From assembly GCA_000934665.2 (NCBI GenBank), contig KZ538337.1:1-64000 (forward strand): a stretch of 64,000 nt of DNA, read 5' to 3'. The position numbers and the translations under genes were made by a program. How positions within the stretch are numbered: position 1 is the first letter of the stretch; each line of letters begins with the position of its first letter. Shown one piece after another: positions 25,221-38,800 of the stretch. A model generated the notes under the pieces. That model made no database searches. It worked only from the letters and a program-made list of their open reading frames with translations, and had not been told where the DNA came from. The DNA comes from Catajapyx aquilonaris (Eukaryota).

Positions 25221-26729
25221 GGGGAACCCGAAAAAGGAGGACTCGCGTCATAGAAGAGTTGTGAAAGACTTGAAACATGACGTTAATTTTTTCTCAGGAC
25301 TAACGTTAGCCAAAACAAGAACTTGTGTGGACCTGAATTTCTTCTTTTAACATTTAAATCAAGTGACACATCCAACGCTGTCATTTGTAGGAGAAAATAA
25401 TGCTCAAGTGCCAGAAGTCTGACATTTACCAATTCTGCAAAAAAGTCTTGAGCGAATATTCAATGAGATAGTGTACAATGTAGTTGCATTGATACATTGT
25501 CAGCCTCCTCGTAAATCCAGTACCTTTGACGAGTACAGTATTGTACAGTGAGACCCCAGCTGATAAGTGAAACCAGAAGATAAATTGGCATCAACAAAAT
25601 CAAATAGCAATAAAATAGGACAGTTTTAACAATGCAGTACTGTACTGTAGGAAAGTAAGTGTTAGATTTTCCTTTAATATTTTCAAATCACGTATAAGTG
25701 GGGGCTCACTGTACTGCGATGAAAAATATCTGCAGCGCAACAACTGAGACATAGGAGCAAGCCAAGGCCATTGGGGTGCATTATTTAGTCTGACAGTGAG
25801 ACCTTCGTTTTCCAAAATCTTTGAAAAATAAATAAAGTAAAATAGCAATTACGGCACCATGAATTCCCCCTGTCTGGTGTTGGAAGGTGTTATGTAATAA
25901 GTCGCCCAGTAATATTATACAGGCTTATGGAGCCAGATACACTGCACCGAGGAAACTGGACCCAGCCTAGGCACTTTCTGACAATAGGTAGACCTGTAGG
26001 TCAAGCACAGGTAGGCTACAAGATGACATACAATATTAATTACTCTAAATGGTCAAGTGTTTGAATTTTTAAATATGCACCATAACTTCTGTTTCAGCCC
26101 CTGTATAATAAAATAACTGCATAGTAAACAAATTATGACTGATTCTATATGCATGTACTACTCATTCAGAAAGTACTGATTCACTGGGAAATCATTATTT
26201 GATTTGTAACAGTCAATTTTCAATATTCACACATAGAAAGGTGAGTATAACATAAGCAATAGGCAAGATCTTCCACATACTGCTCCACTTCCACTTTATT
26301 GCCGGGCATTCCATAACCTCCACATGCCGCATATTTATACTTGTCAGTGGCTTCAACACTCAAACCTCCAATGGTCATTTTAATAATTTATTTTCCTGAA
26401 CACTTACCACATGACACGCACTTCTGGTCAAAAAACTGACAGCCCCTTTCATCGCACATGAAAATTCATTTCACAATTGGCAAAGATTAATAGAGTTGAC
26501 TAGTGATGTACTTGTGGCAGTGGCACAGTGACGAAAAACTGAACACATGTTGGTACATTCCTTCTATTGAGACTGGAAATGATTGAGGTCCTTCTTTCAC
26601 GGTAAACTGTTGTAAAGAGATTAAAAAACAACAAAAAAGCCTATTCAGCTCCCATGAAATCATGTTCAGCAGCATCACCCATATCTGCCATCACTCTTGG
26701 AATCAGCATTACTCATTCTTGGCGACGAG

Positions 26730-26822
26730 CTAACATTGAGGACAGCAGCCATCCTCAGTCAGCTGCGGGTCGTCGCATGTCACTTGAGGACAGCTGATGT
26801 GGCTGCATATCACTTGCCCATT
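26730..26822 (-). CDS. Pxn: Peroxidasin last exon (vWC end, TAG stop)
   Basis: AG acceptor; [30 protein letters not shown]. Confidence 0.9.
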   Translation of the reverse strand, partial: NGQVICSHISCPQVTCDDPQLTEDGCCPQC

Positions 26823-29800
26823 CTGTTAATAGAAAAAGACCATCCATTACTCGACTGAGGAATTACAAGAATGTGTCATGAATACAGACCTGGCAGACAC
26901 ATTGGACACATTTGTCTCGGTTCCATGTATCGCCATGTTTTCTGAACTGGCCTTGGAAGACACAGCTACGTGGTGAAGATAATCTTTTGTCACGCCCTGG
27001 CAAAGGCCCTGGATCTGATAAAGGGAGACCACAATGCTTCTCAAGGCGTCGCACTTTTCTTCGTAACTGTTTGATGGCTCGCTCAAATTTCTCCAGAACA
27101 TTCTCAATTCCTTCTATGCGCTCATCATTCAGGTCATCCAGCAAGAACTCTCGGTCCACCTGATTGTCCTCTGGAGACTTGTTGTGATTCACATGGAGAG
27201 ATATGGGCACTCGAAGTCCACCATGTATATGGCGACTTGGTGAGGTGTCTGTTGTGAAGGTTGAATTGTCAGCTTCTAACGTATTCAGTGACCAAAAGCG
27301 GTCCTCTGGATATGAGTGGTCAGAAGACCGCCGTATGCGATTCACAGACAGCCTTGTGTGGAAGTCATTTCGGCTACATCCTGCAATGCATGATGATTGA
27401 TAACTCACATCAGTATATCTAGTCCAGTCCATATTATTTTGTATTAGACCTACCTTGGCAGCACTCAGTCCAGAAGCGGAGGTCCATTTTTGGTATGTTT
27501 TGACATGACACAAATGCAGGGGACAGTTGTTGTGGAAGGACAAAAACATCATGGCTGATCTCCTGAATGTCATCACCATTGTCACACAGAATTCGTGACA
27601 GGGAGACTTGTTTAATCTGGGTCAGCTGTTCTGGCTTGAATACACCAGAGTTTTCATACCAAAAGCGATCACCATCACGAAGACGCCTGAACTGGTCCAC
27701 TAACAAACAACGAAACAGTGGACCTACTCTAGCACCATCCTCCACATCTTCTGCTATGCCTCCCACCCACACATCGATATTGCCTGTGTGATAACAAGCC
27801 AGAGAAAAAGTTAAACACTGAAACTATATCCAGTATACTGAAAAAAGAGCTTTCACTTACTTGGATGTCCATATAACTGTTGGAGCTTGTCGCGAACTTC
27901 TTGGCTCCGGATTTCAGTCCTCAAGTCATGGAAAGTGTGTGCTTCACTTAGATTGCAGAAACGGCGCCAATCATTATACCCTGGCAAGGCATGGTCCCGG
28001 CTTCGCTGGATATTAATTGCAGCTAGATCTAGGGCAACAACGTGAGCCATTTTGAAGAGCCTCTCAGTGAGTTCTGCATTTAAGAACTGATCTGGGCGTT
28101 TGACTTTTGCAGGGAGGGCAAAGAGGCCACGAAGTAAAGGGTCAACTCCACCCTCATCCACAAGTCGCCATGGAGAGAAAAATGCTTGATGCAGAGGAAG
28201 ATCTCCTTCAGGAATGCTCTGGAATGACCCATTTAGACGAGGCAGTACAGGGTTGATTAGTGTGTGGCCAAATCTTAATGCAGCTGTTGCAAATACATTG
28301 GCCACTCTGGGATCCACTCTAGGATCATATCCGCGGTACTCTCCCAGCTGCTTCATTCCTTCAGGTCCTAAGACATGTGGCAACCAGTGTGCGTAAGTTA
28401 TATGCTGCATCTCAGCTCCAACAATCTTTCGTGCTTCATGATACAGTGTATCACCATCCCATGATGGGTTGATAGAGCGAAGGTCCCATGCAATTCGGTT
28501 GTGTTCTCGGAACCACACTGTGTGCATTGCAAGAAGGCCCACCTGCTCATTAGAGCGAATGTCACCTGCGAGGAAACAACCTATTGCACTCTCACGGGGA
28601 TCACGACGACAGTCAACTGGATGGCCCTCACTAAAAGGCATTAATGGTTTTCCAGAAGGTGAAGTGGGGCCTTCTCGAAGCATTCCATATGAAGTTGCCA
28701 AGTCACGTAGTACATGGGCCTCTTCATCACTAGATCCATACACCTGCAAAATCACATCATTAGTCTCAAGCAATAGGTGTAATCAAGTATCATCTCACTT
28801 GTGAAGCATCGATAAATGCAGTCAGCTGGTTGATTTGCTCTCTAGGTTGCACTTTTTCAAAGAAGACTGAGGTGAATCCAGACCCACATATAGCACTGCT
28901 GCGAGTAAACTCCATACAGCGGTGACTTCTAATGCGGGGGTCATTAGCAGGAATCGGAATGGGGAAGCATGGTGCAGAGGAATCACAAGTTCGACTACAT
29001 TCTACTCCGGTGTCAAAAGTTTGCTTGCTAATGGAAGGAATGGCGTGATCTAGATCATGATCGAGAAACTGGCCCCACTGCATCAACATATGGGTGCAGT
29101 GTTCATCTGGGCTGACAACATCAGTAGTGACCAACTGAGATGACACTAATCTGGCGCTGGGTTTTGGAAACCCATTATACAAATGTGAAGGATTCCAGGC
29201 CACAGGGGTGTTAAGACCATTTTCATATATTGGATGCAATAATCTCTTGAATCCTGTTAGAGATGCACCCCACATGGGTGCTTGTAGATTATTACAAGTT
29301 CCATCCATACTTCGATATTTGGAATGAAAGCACATGTCACTGCAGTTGGTGTGTGTACGATGAGCCAGGCATCCAGAGACATTTGCCACCTGTTGAAGCT
29401 GAGTTGGGGAAAGCAGTTCCTGGTAGGAAAACCCAGACAAATTGAAATGCATTCCATCTTCCACATGTCGCTGAACTATTTGCAATGTTCGCTCATAAAT
29501 TTCAGCAGCCCGAGCAACTTCACGACCTATGGCATTTGGAAATCGGACAAGGCGTAAAAGGTCACTTGGAGAAGGATCCACCCTCTGACGATCTCTTTGA
29601 TACAGAGCTCGAACTGTCTCATTCAGAGCACGATCCACTGCTTGTCGAGCTTCTTCTAATGCAGCCTCTACAAATCGATCGCCTGGGCCATTACTGGCTT
29701 CATCTGCAAGATACATTGAGACAACATATAAAACATCACACCAAATTACAGATAATGTTTATGTCATTAACCTTTGAGAGTTATGTATCCTCTTGCAGTT

Positions 29801-32800
29801 GAGTACCCATATTCATTTTGAGCAGAACACTCATAGAGGCCTTCATCCCCACGATTAATTCGAAGAAAGAGTAATCCCTCAGGAGTAATACGTCGATTAT
29901 CACTGTCCACTAACGTTCGGCCATCTCTTTTCCATACCATTCTTGGGGCAGGAATTCCATCTGCCCTGCATCTCATCTCAACCCGACTGCCAATAATTGC
30001 TTCCATCTCTCCAGGTCGTTCTAAGAAACGTGGTGGAAGCCTCTCCTGTATGACAAGTTCAGCACTGGACTCTGCAAATCCCAGTGTGTTTCGAGCTTCA
30101 CATCGGTATGATCCGGCATCATCTCTCCTGGCATGATGTAACCTTAGGTGAGTCCCAGATGATGATATAGTCACACGGTTATCAGAAGACATAGGATGGC
30201 CATCTTTTGACCAGGACAAGAGTGGAGGAGGATTGCCTTCTGCTTCGCAATGGAAATCAGCTGGTTCATCTTCTCGCACCCGCTGCTCATGAGGTCGTTC
30301 AGTAAACTTAGGGACAGCTGGAAAAAAATTTAATGTGAGAAATTAATGCATCACATCTAGTTTGTTATGTAATATTCAGCCTTAGAACAGTAGTGATTAC
30401 CTAATGGGCAACAATGACTCAACAACATCATTAATCAATTAACTATCAATTATTAGTGGCTTCTGGCTTGTGACATCAGGTAGTCTACTATTCTTAGGCT
30501 GAATATATTATAAAACAGGTTAGAATCATCTACCACTTACCTAGAACCCTGATCTGTGCTAGGGCTGTAACCCGGCCTAAGTAGTTAGCAGCAGAACATC
30601 GATAAATTCCACCGTCACTCTCTTGAACTTGTGAGATTACCAAAGTGCCTGATTTACTTATCTGAAAGGTCAGTAACATATTACCATAATTATGAATGCC
30701 ACTAATGCCAAGACTGGAGCTAGAGCTTACTGTATGGCGTGCAGAAGGCGCTACTGGCAGGTCGTCTTTTGTCCAGGTGATGTCTGGATATGGTTGTCCT
30801 TTTGCCTCACAGTCAAGCTGCAGCTGCTCCCCAACAATTATGTCTCTATCTCCTGGAGTCAAAATGAATCTTGGCTTGGCTGTAGAAAGACACGAAGTTT
30901 TGAACTGGTTAGTCATTCATCCAGGTCAGTTCAGATACTGCCATGCACTCTACACATTATCCATCTTTTTTTAAAGGCATCTCTCACCCATTGCTTTATC
31001 TGAATCCCACCCTCTACTTAGATACATCATGCACTTGACAGAAGGTACCTAGGAAATTATCATAGGCAGGGCATGACAATTCTGTATCTTTCCAATTCTC
31101 ACCTCAGTCAGCTATCATGGTAGGCAATCTGGAGTATAGGTGGGATTCAGATAAGGCGGTAGGTGGGAGGTGCCTTTTAAGAAAGACGGACAACTTCAAA
31201 ATTCCTGGTTAGAAAACTAATGCAGAAAAAGTTCAATCATTTTTGGAAGCTGGATGAGACTGCAAACTAGGACGAACACGGAGAGAATCTCTTTACGCTC
31301 TTTCCAAATCCGAATGTGTCCCCTGTCATATCTGGGGTCCAGGGATCGAATGCGGGACCTCAGAGGTGGAAGGCTGTGAGACTGTGACATGAGTCACTAC
31401 ACGTTACACCCCTGTGTATTCATTTGGTTGATGAATGTTTTTATACATGCGGATCTGATGCAGAGGGGCCGAGACGCAGCCCATAGAAGCAACACACTGC
31501 TCTGAAGCTGGAAACATGCCACAAAACCGCGACTCGACACGAACAAGTAATATCTGGTAATATTATAATTACTGTATTAGTAAGATGGGGGAAGATGCCA
31601 CATATGGGGGAAGACGCCCCCAATTGTTCTCTTTCTCCATGTAACTTGAGATGTGACGAATCTCTCCTGATGCTAAGAGAGCCCTTCCTCTCTCCCACCC
31701 ATAACCATGAGATGGAGTCAGCAAGATCAACTAAACCGGCCCAAATATTGAACAATTGTGAAAACTCCCAGCACGTCATCTACGCTCGTAAGAGACAAAA
31801 CTCGGGGAAATTCCGATTTGCGGATTTCAAGGGCAAATATCTCGAAAATTGTTATTTCAAAACATCTCAAACTTTACCTTCAGTTTTCTCAAAAACAGGT
31901 TTTGGTGGGTTAGGGCGGTATTGCACCGAGCCCTTCAATTGTAGGTATGTATTAGTTACATAAAAGGAATGGTTTATGCACATGAATGCATATTTTTACG
32001 CATTTGAAATTATCAGCATAGCAGCCAGTTGCATGATCCTGAACAGGTTATTAATCTTGCTGAAGTCTTGCATGAATAACACGGGTCAACCACTTGTGAT
32101 GAAGTTACCACCGATCTTGTAACAAGCGATGCTTATTAAATACTGGTACCGGTTAAATACTATGGAAAAATCACCATGATCAAGTTTCACTTGCACTCTC
32201 ACCTTTACTGCTTTGGTAATTCATTTTGGCCGATCGCGACCTGACCTCCCCGACGGGGCTCTTGGCCATGCACTCGTAGACTCCAGCATCTCCGTCCTGC
32301 GCATCCTCGATCATCAGTGTTCCATCCTTCAGCACCGAATAGCGCGTCTCTTGCACCATGTTGATCTCGTTGCTGTAACATACGACATCTCAATCAGTTT
32401 GGAAGGCCGTCACAACACGGAGGTTTTTGCCAAGACGTTCCAACCTGCCTGCCTGAGTAATGGAAACGAGCCTGGAGTCGTGCAAGGAACGTCCGTCTTG
32501 GCCTAATTTGTAGCCCTGGAATGTCCACGCACTAAGACCAGTCCTTATGGGTTCATCTGGACCATTTATCACCGGATGGAAAATGGACTCTGAGACATTT
32601 GACGATCAAAATTGTTTCCAGGCTATTGCACGCGGCTCCTGACTCGTTTTCTCACTCAACAACAGGTGGTGCAGCAGTCGCTGCGTCACGGCTGACATGA
32701 CACATTTCGTCCCGTCACATGGGCCTGTCAGCACCCTGCATATGACGGAAGAGTGGAAGTGCAGCACTAACTATGGCCTTTGAAAAATTACAAAAATAAC

Positions 32801-35800
32801 ACTAGTCGAGTGTTGCTTCTCGGACGCTGGACCACCCTGTATATTCTGAAACCCGCCCAACGTCAAAACAGGCCGCTTGCACTTGATGGAGGAGTTGACA
32901 GGGCTCCTCACGCCCTCTCACTTCCCTTATTCTTACGCGCCACCTGCACCTCATGGGGTAAGAAAAAAGTCGAAGAGGAAAGGAGGGGTAGGAGAAAAAA
33001 AAGAAAAAAAAATCGTCCTTCCAGTTTCAGGGCACAGTGGAAAATTCAATGTTACAGTATCGCTAACAACGGGAGGGTCGCCTTAAATACGGTAAGCGCG
33101 AGAGAGCTCTCAACACTTTCACTCTCAGCTGGCTAAGCAAATTATCAGGTCGAGAAATTTTAGCAAATTTTTTTTTGAGGGGAATATTGCAAAGTTGTGG
33201 GCTTAAAATGATCATTTAGACAACAGGTATTCAATGACACTAAATTGTTGAAAATTTTGGAGTTAGCTATTTAACTCCGTACCGTATTCTTTACACAACC
33301 AGCCCATATCGTAGCGAATAATGAAGCTGAAGTTTTGTGACAGACACTTGAATTTTACTTCATTTTTTATGCAAGCAGTATTCCACATGTTTCCCATCGC
33401 TATGCTTAGGATCAGGATAATCCATAACAGAGTATAATTACAGTTTCCCACCAAAACCACAGGTTGTCGCAGTAATTCCACCGAACTTATCAGAGGGCAG
33501 CAATTTGGGGTAAAAATTATTGTCGTTATTAGCAGCCCATTAAGGATTTTTTTCCCCCAAGGTAGGGATTATTTGAAGGATAATTTTCGAGCTCGAACAA
33601 AAAGAATGGAGCGCATATAGGAAAGTAGAGGGGGAGGGGGGNNNNNNNNNNNNNNNNNNNNNNNNNNNNNNNNNNNNNNNNNNNNNNNNNNNNNNNNNNN
33701 NNNNNNNNNNNNNNNNNNNNNNNNNNNNNNNNNNNNNNNNNNNNNNNNNNNNNNNNNNNNNNNNNNNNNNNNNNNNNNNNNNNNNNNNNNNNNNCCCCCC
33801 CCCCCCCCCCCCACCTCGGAATGTTTCTCAAGATCCTGGGGGACGGATCTTTGGGCACACAATTCACAGGGCCCCCTGCTGGTGAATTTGACAGAAGAAC
33901 AAGCGAAACTCGGCGGGGATGGACAGGTGGAGGGAAGATGGCTGCCTGCCACTCTGATATGGCGTCTATCCTCTCACGCTTGGGTTGGAGGGGGAAAAAA
34001 AATCCCTCAATTTCTCCCCTACCTGGGTTTTAATTATACATTTTTAATGTTCTGGCCGTGACATTAAGTTACCGGTAACGGTCCTGACCGCGGAACCAAC
34101 TTGTGACTTCCCCTGCTGATTCCATCTATGAAGCGTTAGGGCGATTACATGCCTGTTGCGCGCAAGAGTGTTGATTTAATCAGAGGGTGGTAATCGCCAT
34201 TAGTTGCATCGACAGCTCTCGGCGGATTTGGCCGCGGATGAAATGTTTGTAGAATACCTGCAGTACGGAAGCGTTCAAATTCAGGGCAGCTAATTTGCGG
34301 CCTGTATAAATACAGGGTGTTTTGTAATGATTCGACAAACTTAGGTGAACAGCATGTTATGAGCAGATAAAGGTGTCGTCTGGCCTGGGAAGCATCGTTA
34401 ATACCATCAATTGGGGTGAGATTGTGCCAGGTGGGGTGAGATTGTGCCAGCGTAATTTTTGGACAACAGTGCGCCCTACCACTAATTTTACTCGTCATTG
34501 CCAACCTTGACCATACCTCAATGTAGTAAAACATGCCTAAATTTGCTTGCTGCCAGTATAGGGTGCACCGTTGTCCAAAAATGTGGCGGCACAAATCTCA
34601 CTCCACCTGGCACAATCAAATGATCCTCTGATATTCAGGAGTTGGTCCGAAACTTGGCTGCATCCTTACAGAACACCCTGTAGAGGCGCCAGCTTTGTGC
34701 ACCACATCCTGTAATGTGTTTCGTGAACTTCGAAAAGACAAGCCTGTTAGCCGGGCCTACCACCCAATCTGGACGAAAGTCAGTAGGCGTCCTAACGAGC
34801 GAAATGGACTCGCCACCGCAGATGGCAAAAGCTGATAGTGGCCATAAATCACTCGACAAAGGAACATATACTGCAAGTTACTCGCCTGTTTCTCAGCCAG
34901 TAGATGTCCGGCATGGGGTCCCCTTCGGCCTTGCAGGTGAAGTACACCGTACCTCCGAAGCTCACCTCAACGTCTCTAGGCTCCTCGGTAATTTGAGGCT
35001 TTCCTGCAAGACAAAAACCACTTGTTAATCGCACAGGTCCCGAAGAATAGTCGTCACGAGGATGAACATGAGCGTAGTAAAAGTCAATGGTGATTTACAG
35101 CCATTTTTCACCCCAGGATCTCCCCTTTTTCTTTTGGGGGGGGGGGGGGNGTCCGTAAAGTATCGCGGAGGTGATTCGTTTCCGTAGGGTCCAGACATGC
35201 TCCGACTAGTCAAGCGCAGGTCCACCGTAACAATGAGTCCGCAACAATGATTAGGATATAAATTCCAGACTTATTTGACTGCTTTTATGAGTCATTTCCC
35301 AAACGACAATTCCGCCCATTACAATAATGGATGGAGGGAGACCTTTTACGACTCAGCTTTTGGGCATCCAAGCCTGACAGAGTTGCTCGGGGACCAGTAA
35401 ACCCAAACAAAAACAGTCTCCCCAGCTACAAATATCGTGTTTGTATGTCCCTGCTGCTAACACTAATGTACCGCAGAAGTGCCACAAACACGCTTTGCCA
35501 AGATGTGGCTCGTTTCGGTCCCATTTGGATGCACGCTAGGAGTGCATCCCAGCTCTGTTTGCACCTAGTTTTGTTTGTGCCGCCTAGTCCAACAGACGGG
35601 ATTTCAATGCAGGGCGAGAAAAGGCTCATCATGATATTGACCAACAAAGCCCTTCATTTCACCATGCGTGTAGAGTGCAGTACCCAGCTTGAAAAATGTT
35701 ACCATTGACCGATCTGTCATGTATCAGCGAATAGGACGTTGAAGTTGAGACCATTGATTCCTATTGGTTGTTGTCGGTTACTGCGCAAATATCTTATGCG

Positions 35801-38800
35801 TCCTCTGTAGATGTAAGAGCTACTCACGACAGTGGAATTCGTTGTCGTCCAGTGCTGCCAGAGGACGTCCCTGTAGTGAGGCTGGTGCTTGACACGTGGC
35901 TGCAGCTTGTGTCGCCCCCTGTTTCTCCTTCAGCATGTGTGCCAGCCACATCATCTCGCAGTCGCAAACCAATGCATTGCTGTCCAACCGCCTACATTTG
36001 GTCATACATTGTATATTAGTACGGATTCAGCAACACACTACATCTACCCCAACCACAAGCAGAAATGAGTGTCAAATCCCGATGGGTCATGCAGCATGCA
36101 TCTGAAAAACCTTGGTTGCATCTGTGGGGTCGGATAGAATCCAACTATATAATCTGGGACGGGGTGGGGGGTACCAAAAAGTACTTACAAACGACGCAAC
36201 GACTCCATATTTTTAAAGGCTCCACTTGGAATCCTGCTGAGCTTATTGTTGTGTAGGAATCTGAAACGGAAACCATCACAAATGTTTGGGTGCAATTCCA
36301 GATGGAAAGGGGCATTGACTTTCCATAAATCAGGGGCTCAGGTAACGAAAAAATATATATATCTATCAGAGTGGAAGGCTGGGTCACAACTATCTTCTTG
36401 GGCGGCAAAATGATTGGTGGGATTTCCTCGGGGGCCAGAAACGAGCACAAAAAAAATTCTCGATAACATCACTACGATGAGCCCTAATAATATTGTGCCT
36501 AAAGTCATTACCAAATCCTATTTTAAGTGAAATGGGAGTTATCCATTTACTGTTAGCTAATTGAATATTTAAAAATGCTTCAATCTCGCAATAACTGTTG
36601 AGTGGCATACTTGTAGAGATGGAATACTAACATTCTAGGTAAATGAATTCAACATTCGACATTACTACTGTAAATGAGTTTTATATGGTATGAGAAAGGA
36701 GAATGCTAACTAGTAAGCTGCATAATTATAGAACATTCAATATGTTCAGAAAACGCATCATTACACAGCAATATAAAACTTTATGAGATATAATTCAGCA
36801 ATTTGGCAAAAATTAATGCAGCGCCCAGCTAAAGTTAGATATTAAATGTAACACCGAACATGACAGTATAAAACGTACTCAGTCAATTACGAAGTAATGT
36901 AGATAATCATAAACCTTAATGTACAAAATCCTGCACTTTAAGAACAGGAAAGGGGCCATGAAGAGTGCTTTTCTACAGACGAGGTCCATCATCGTCACAT
37001 TAAAAAATCCGAATCTAAATCCTAATTAATACTAGATCACCATGGCTCGGTATGAATGTGTACCTTCAACCATATAAATTTAAGGAGCTTCCACTCTCAA
37101 AATGGAGCACAATATTTCAGATCCGCTTTAGCGCTGGTAAAAAAGAAAATCATAAAAGTTAGATAGAGCATTTTTTGACCTATCTGGGTTCTGCACGTAG
37201 CCCTCAATTTCCGTCGGTGTTCCGGCAACATGATCGTCGGTCGACGTAAATCTCCGTAATTGGTCCCGAGGAAACACTTTGGAAGGTATTCCCGATTTTT
37301 TTTCGTCATTCGCTTTTTCTTCCACTTTTTTTTTCTAGAGAAAATTGGAGCCCTTAAAATATGGCTTCCGATCTGGAACAAACTAGGAGCTAACCTGAAC
37401 AGGTAGTAATCTAGAGCAGTTAGCCGAAAAACGGTCCAACCACTCCCTTTGTTATACGAACAGCCGGCAACTAATGCCCAAACTACACACTTGGACCTTC
37501 CCACGTCAAAAATGAGCACATACGCCCAAGATAATTGGCCCGTTCTGCGACACACCATCTGTGCCCTCACCAGGATTCGAACCTGGGACCTCCAGCTTAT
37601 AAGCCGTTGCTCTTCCAGCTGAGCTATGAGAACAGGTGTTGATATGCCGCAACGTTATATAAAAAAAATAGTTATTTTCCACTCCTGTTTCAACATTTGT
37701 GAAGCAGGATTGTAGGGGTCCAGAAGCCCCCGGAATCGCAGACATTTTGGGAAACATGATGAGGCACAAGAGAGATCGTGGAGCCCCGCACTCATCACTC
37801 ATTCGAGTCGACGTTTCCCATTAACACCCTGCCGAAGCACAGCATTGCCAGAAAGAAATGAACTCATTTATATCCGGTGCACTATCAGGTGTCATCTTCA
37901 CTTGTCTGCTCTCCAAGAAACACGGTGATATTAGAGGTAGGCAAAGAGAGATGAAAGCATATGTGTTTCAACTTGGGCTTTGGAAGGTTAAAAAAAAAGA
38001 TAAGCGCTATTTTCATCTCATCAGAGTTGATGACGTGGCTATTTACCGTGCTCGTTCGAAGGCGAATTGCTGTGGCAGTAGATACGCGTTTCCGTGCGAT
38101 GTCATCTGGACCACAGCGGAGCACCTGTCATCAACTCACAGGAGGCTAAAATAGCTGTTATTTCTTGTCCGCTCTTGAGACGAGATTCAACGCCGTAGAA
38201 GACTGAGGGCCTGTTCAAGTCCCGAAAGTAATTTGTTTCCTTCACTCGCAGATGCCTATACAACGTATCTTTCAGTATTTTATGCTGAGACTGCGCAGTT
38301 ATATGTGGAGCGTACTTCAGTACAGAGAGTGAAACGTACCAAATTCTGGATCCAGCAACTTGTTCATTTTAAAAGTAGATTTCCGCCCAAGGACTTGAAT
38401 TAAAACATTCACCGTATAATCTGTGTCATTACACATTACGCAGATTGTGAGGATGCCTTTTATGAGTGACGGAAAAGCTTGTCTGTCTTTGTGACCAAAA
38501 AAAAGCTATAATGGCATTTAAAAGAGCAGGTAGGGATATTAAAACGCGATCGTTTAATACCCTTGTTGAGTTAATACTATTAATATCACTGGCTACATAA
38601 TGTAACGTGAGTGAGATACTCCGCATTTAAAACACTGGAATCATCTTATTATACTGACAGGATCAAACTGAATGCGCAACTTCTCCAATCTGGCCATATT
38701 ATAAGAAGCATAACTCAAGTTTCTAGTAGTGCCAGCAAAAATCTATTTAAAAAATTGTGGAGAAAAATGCGGGGGGGTGCACCGGACGACTGTTGTGTCC

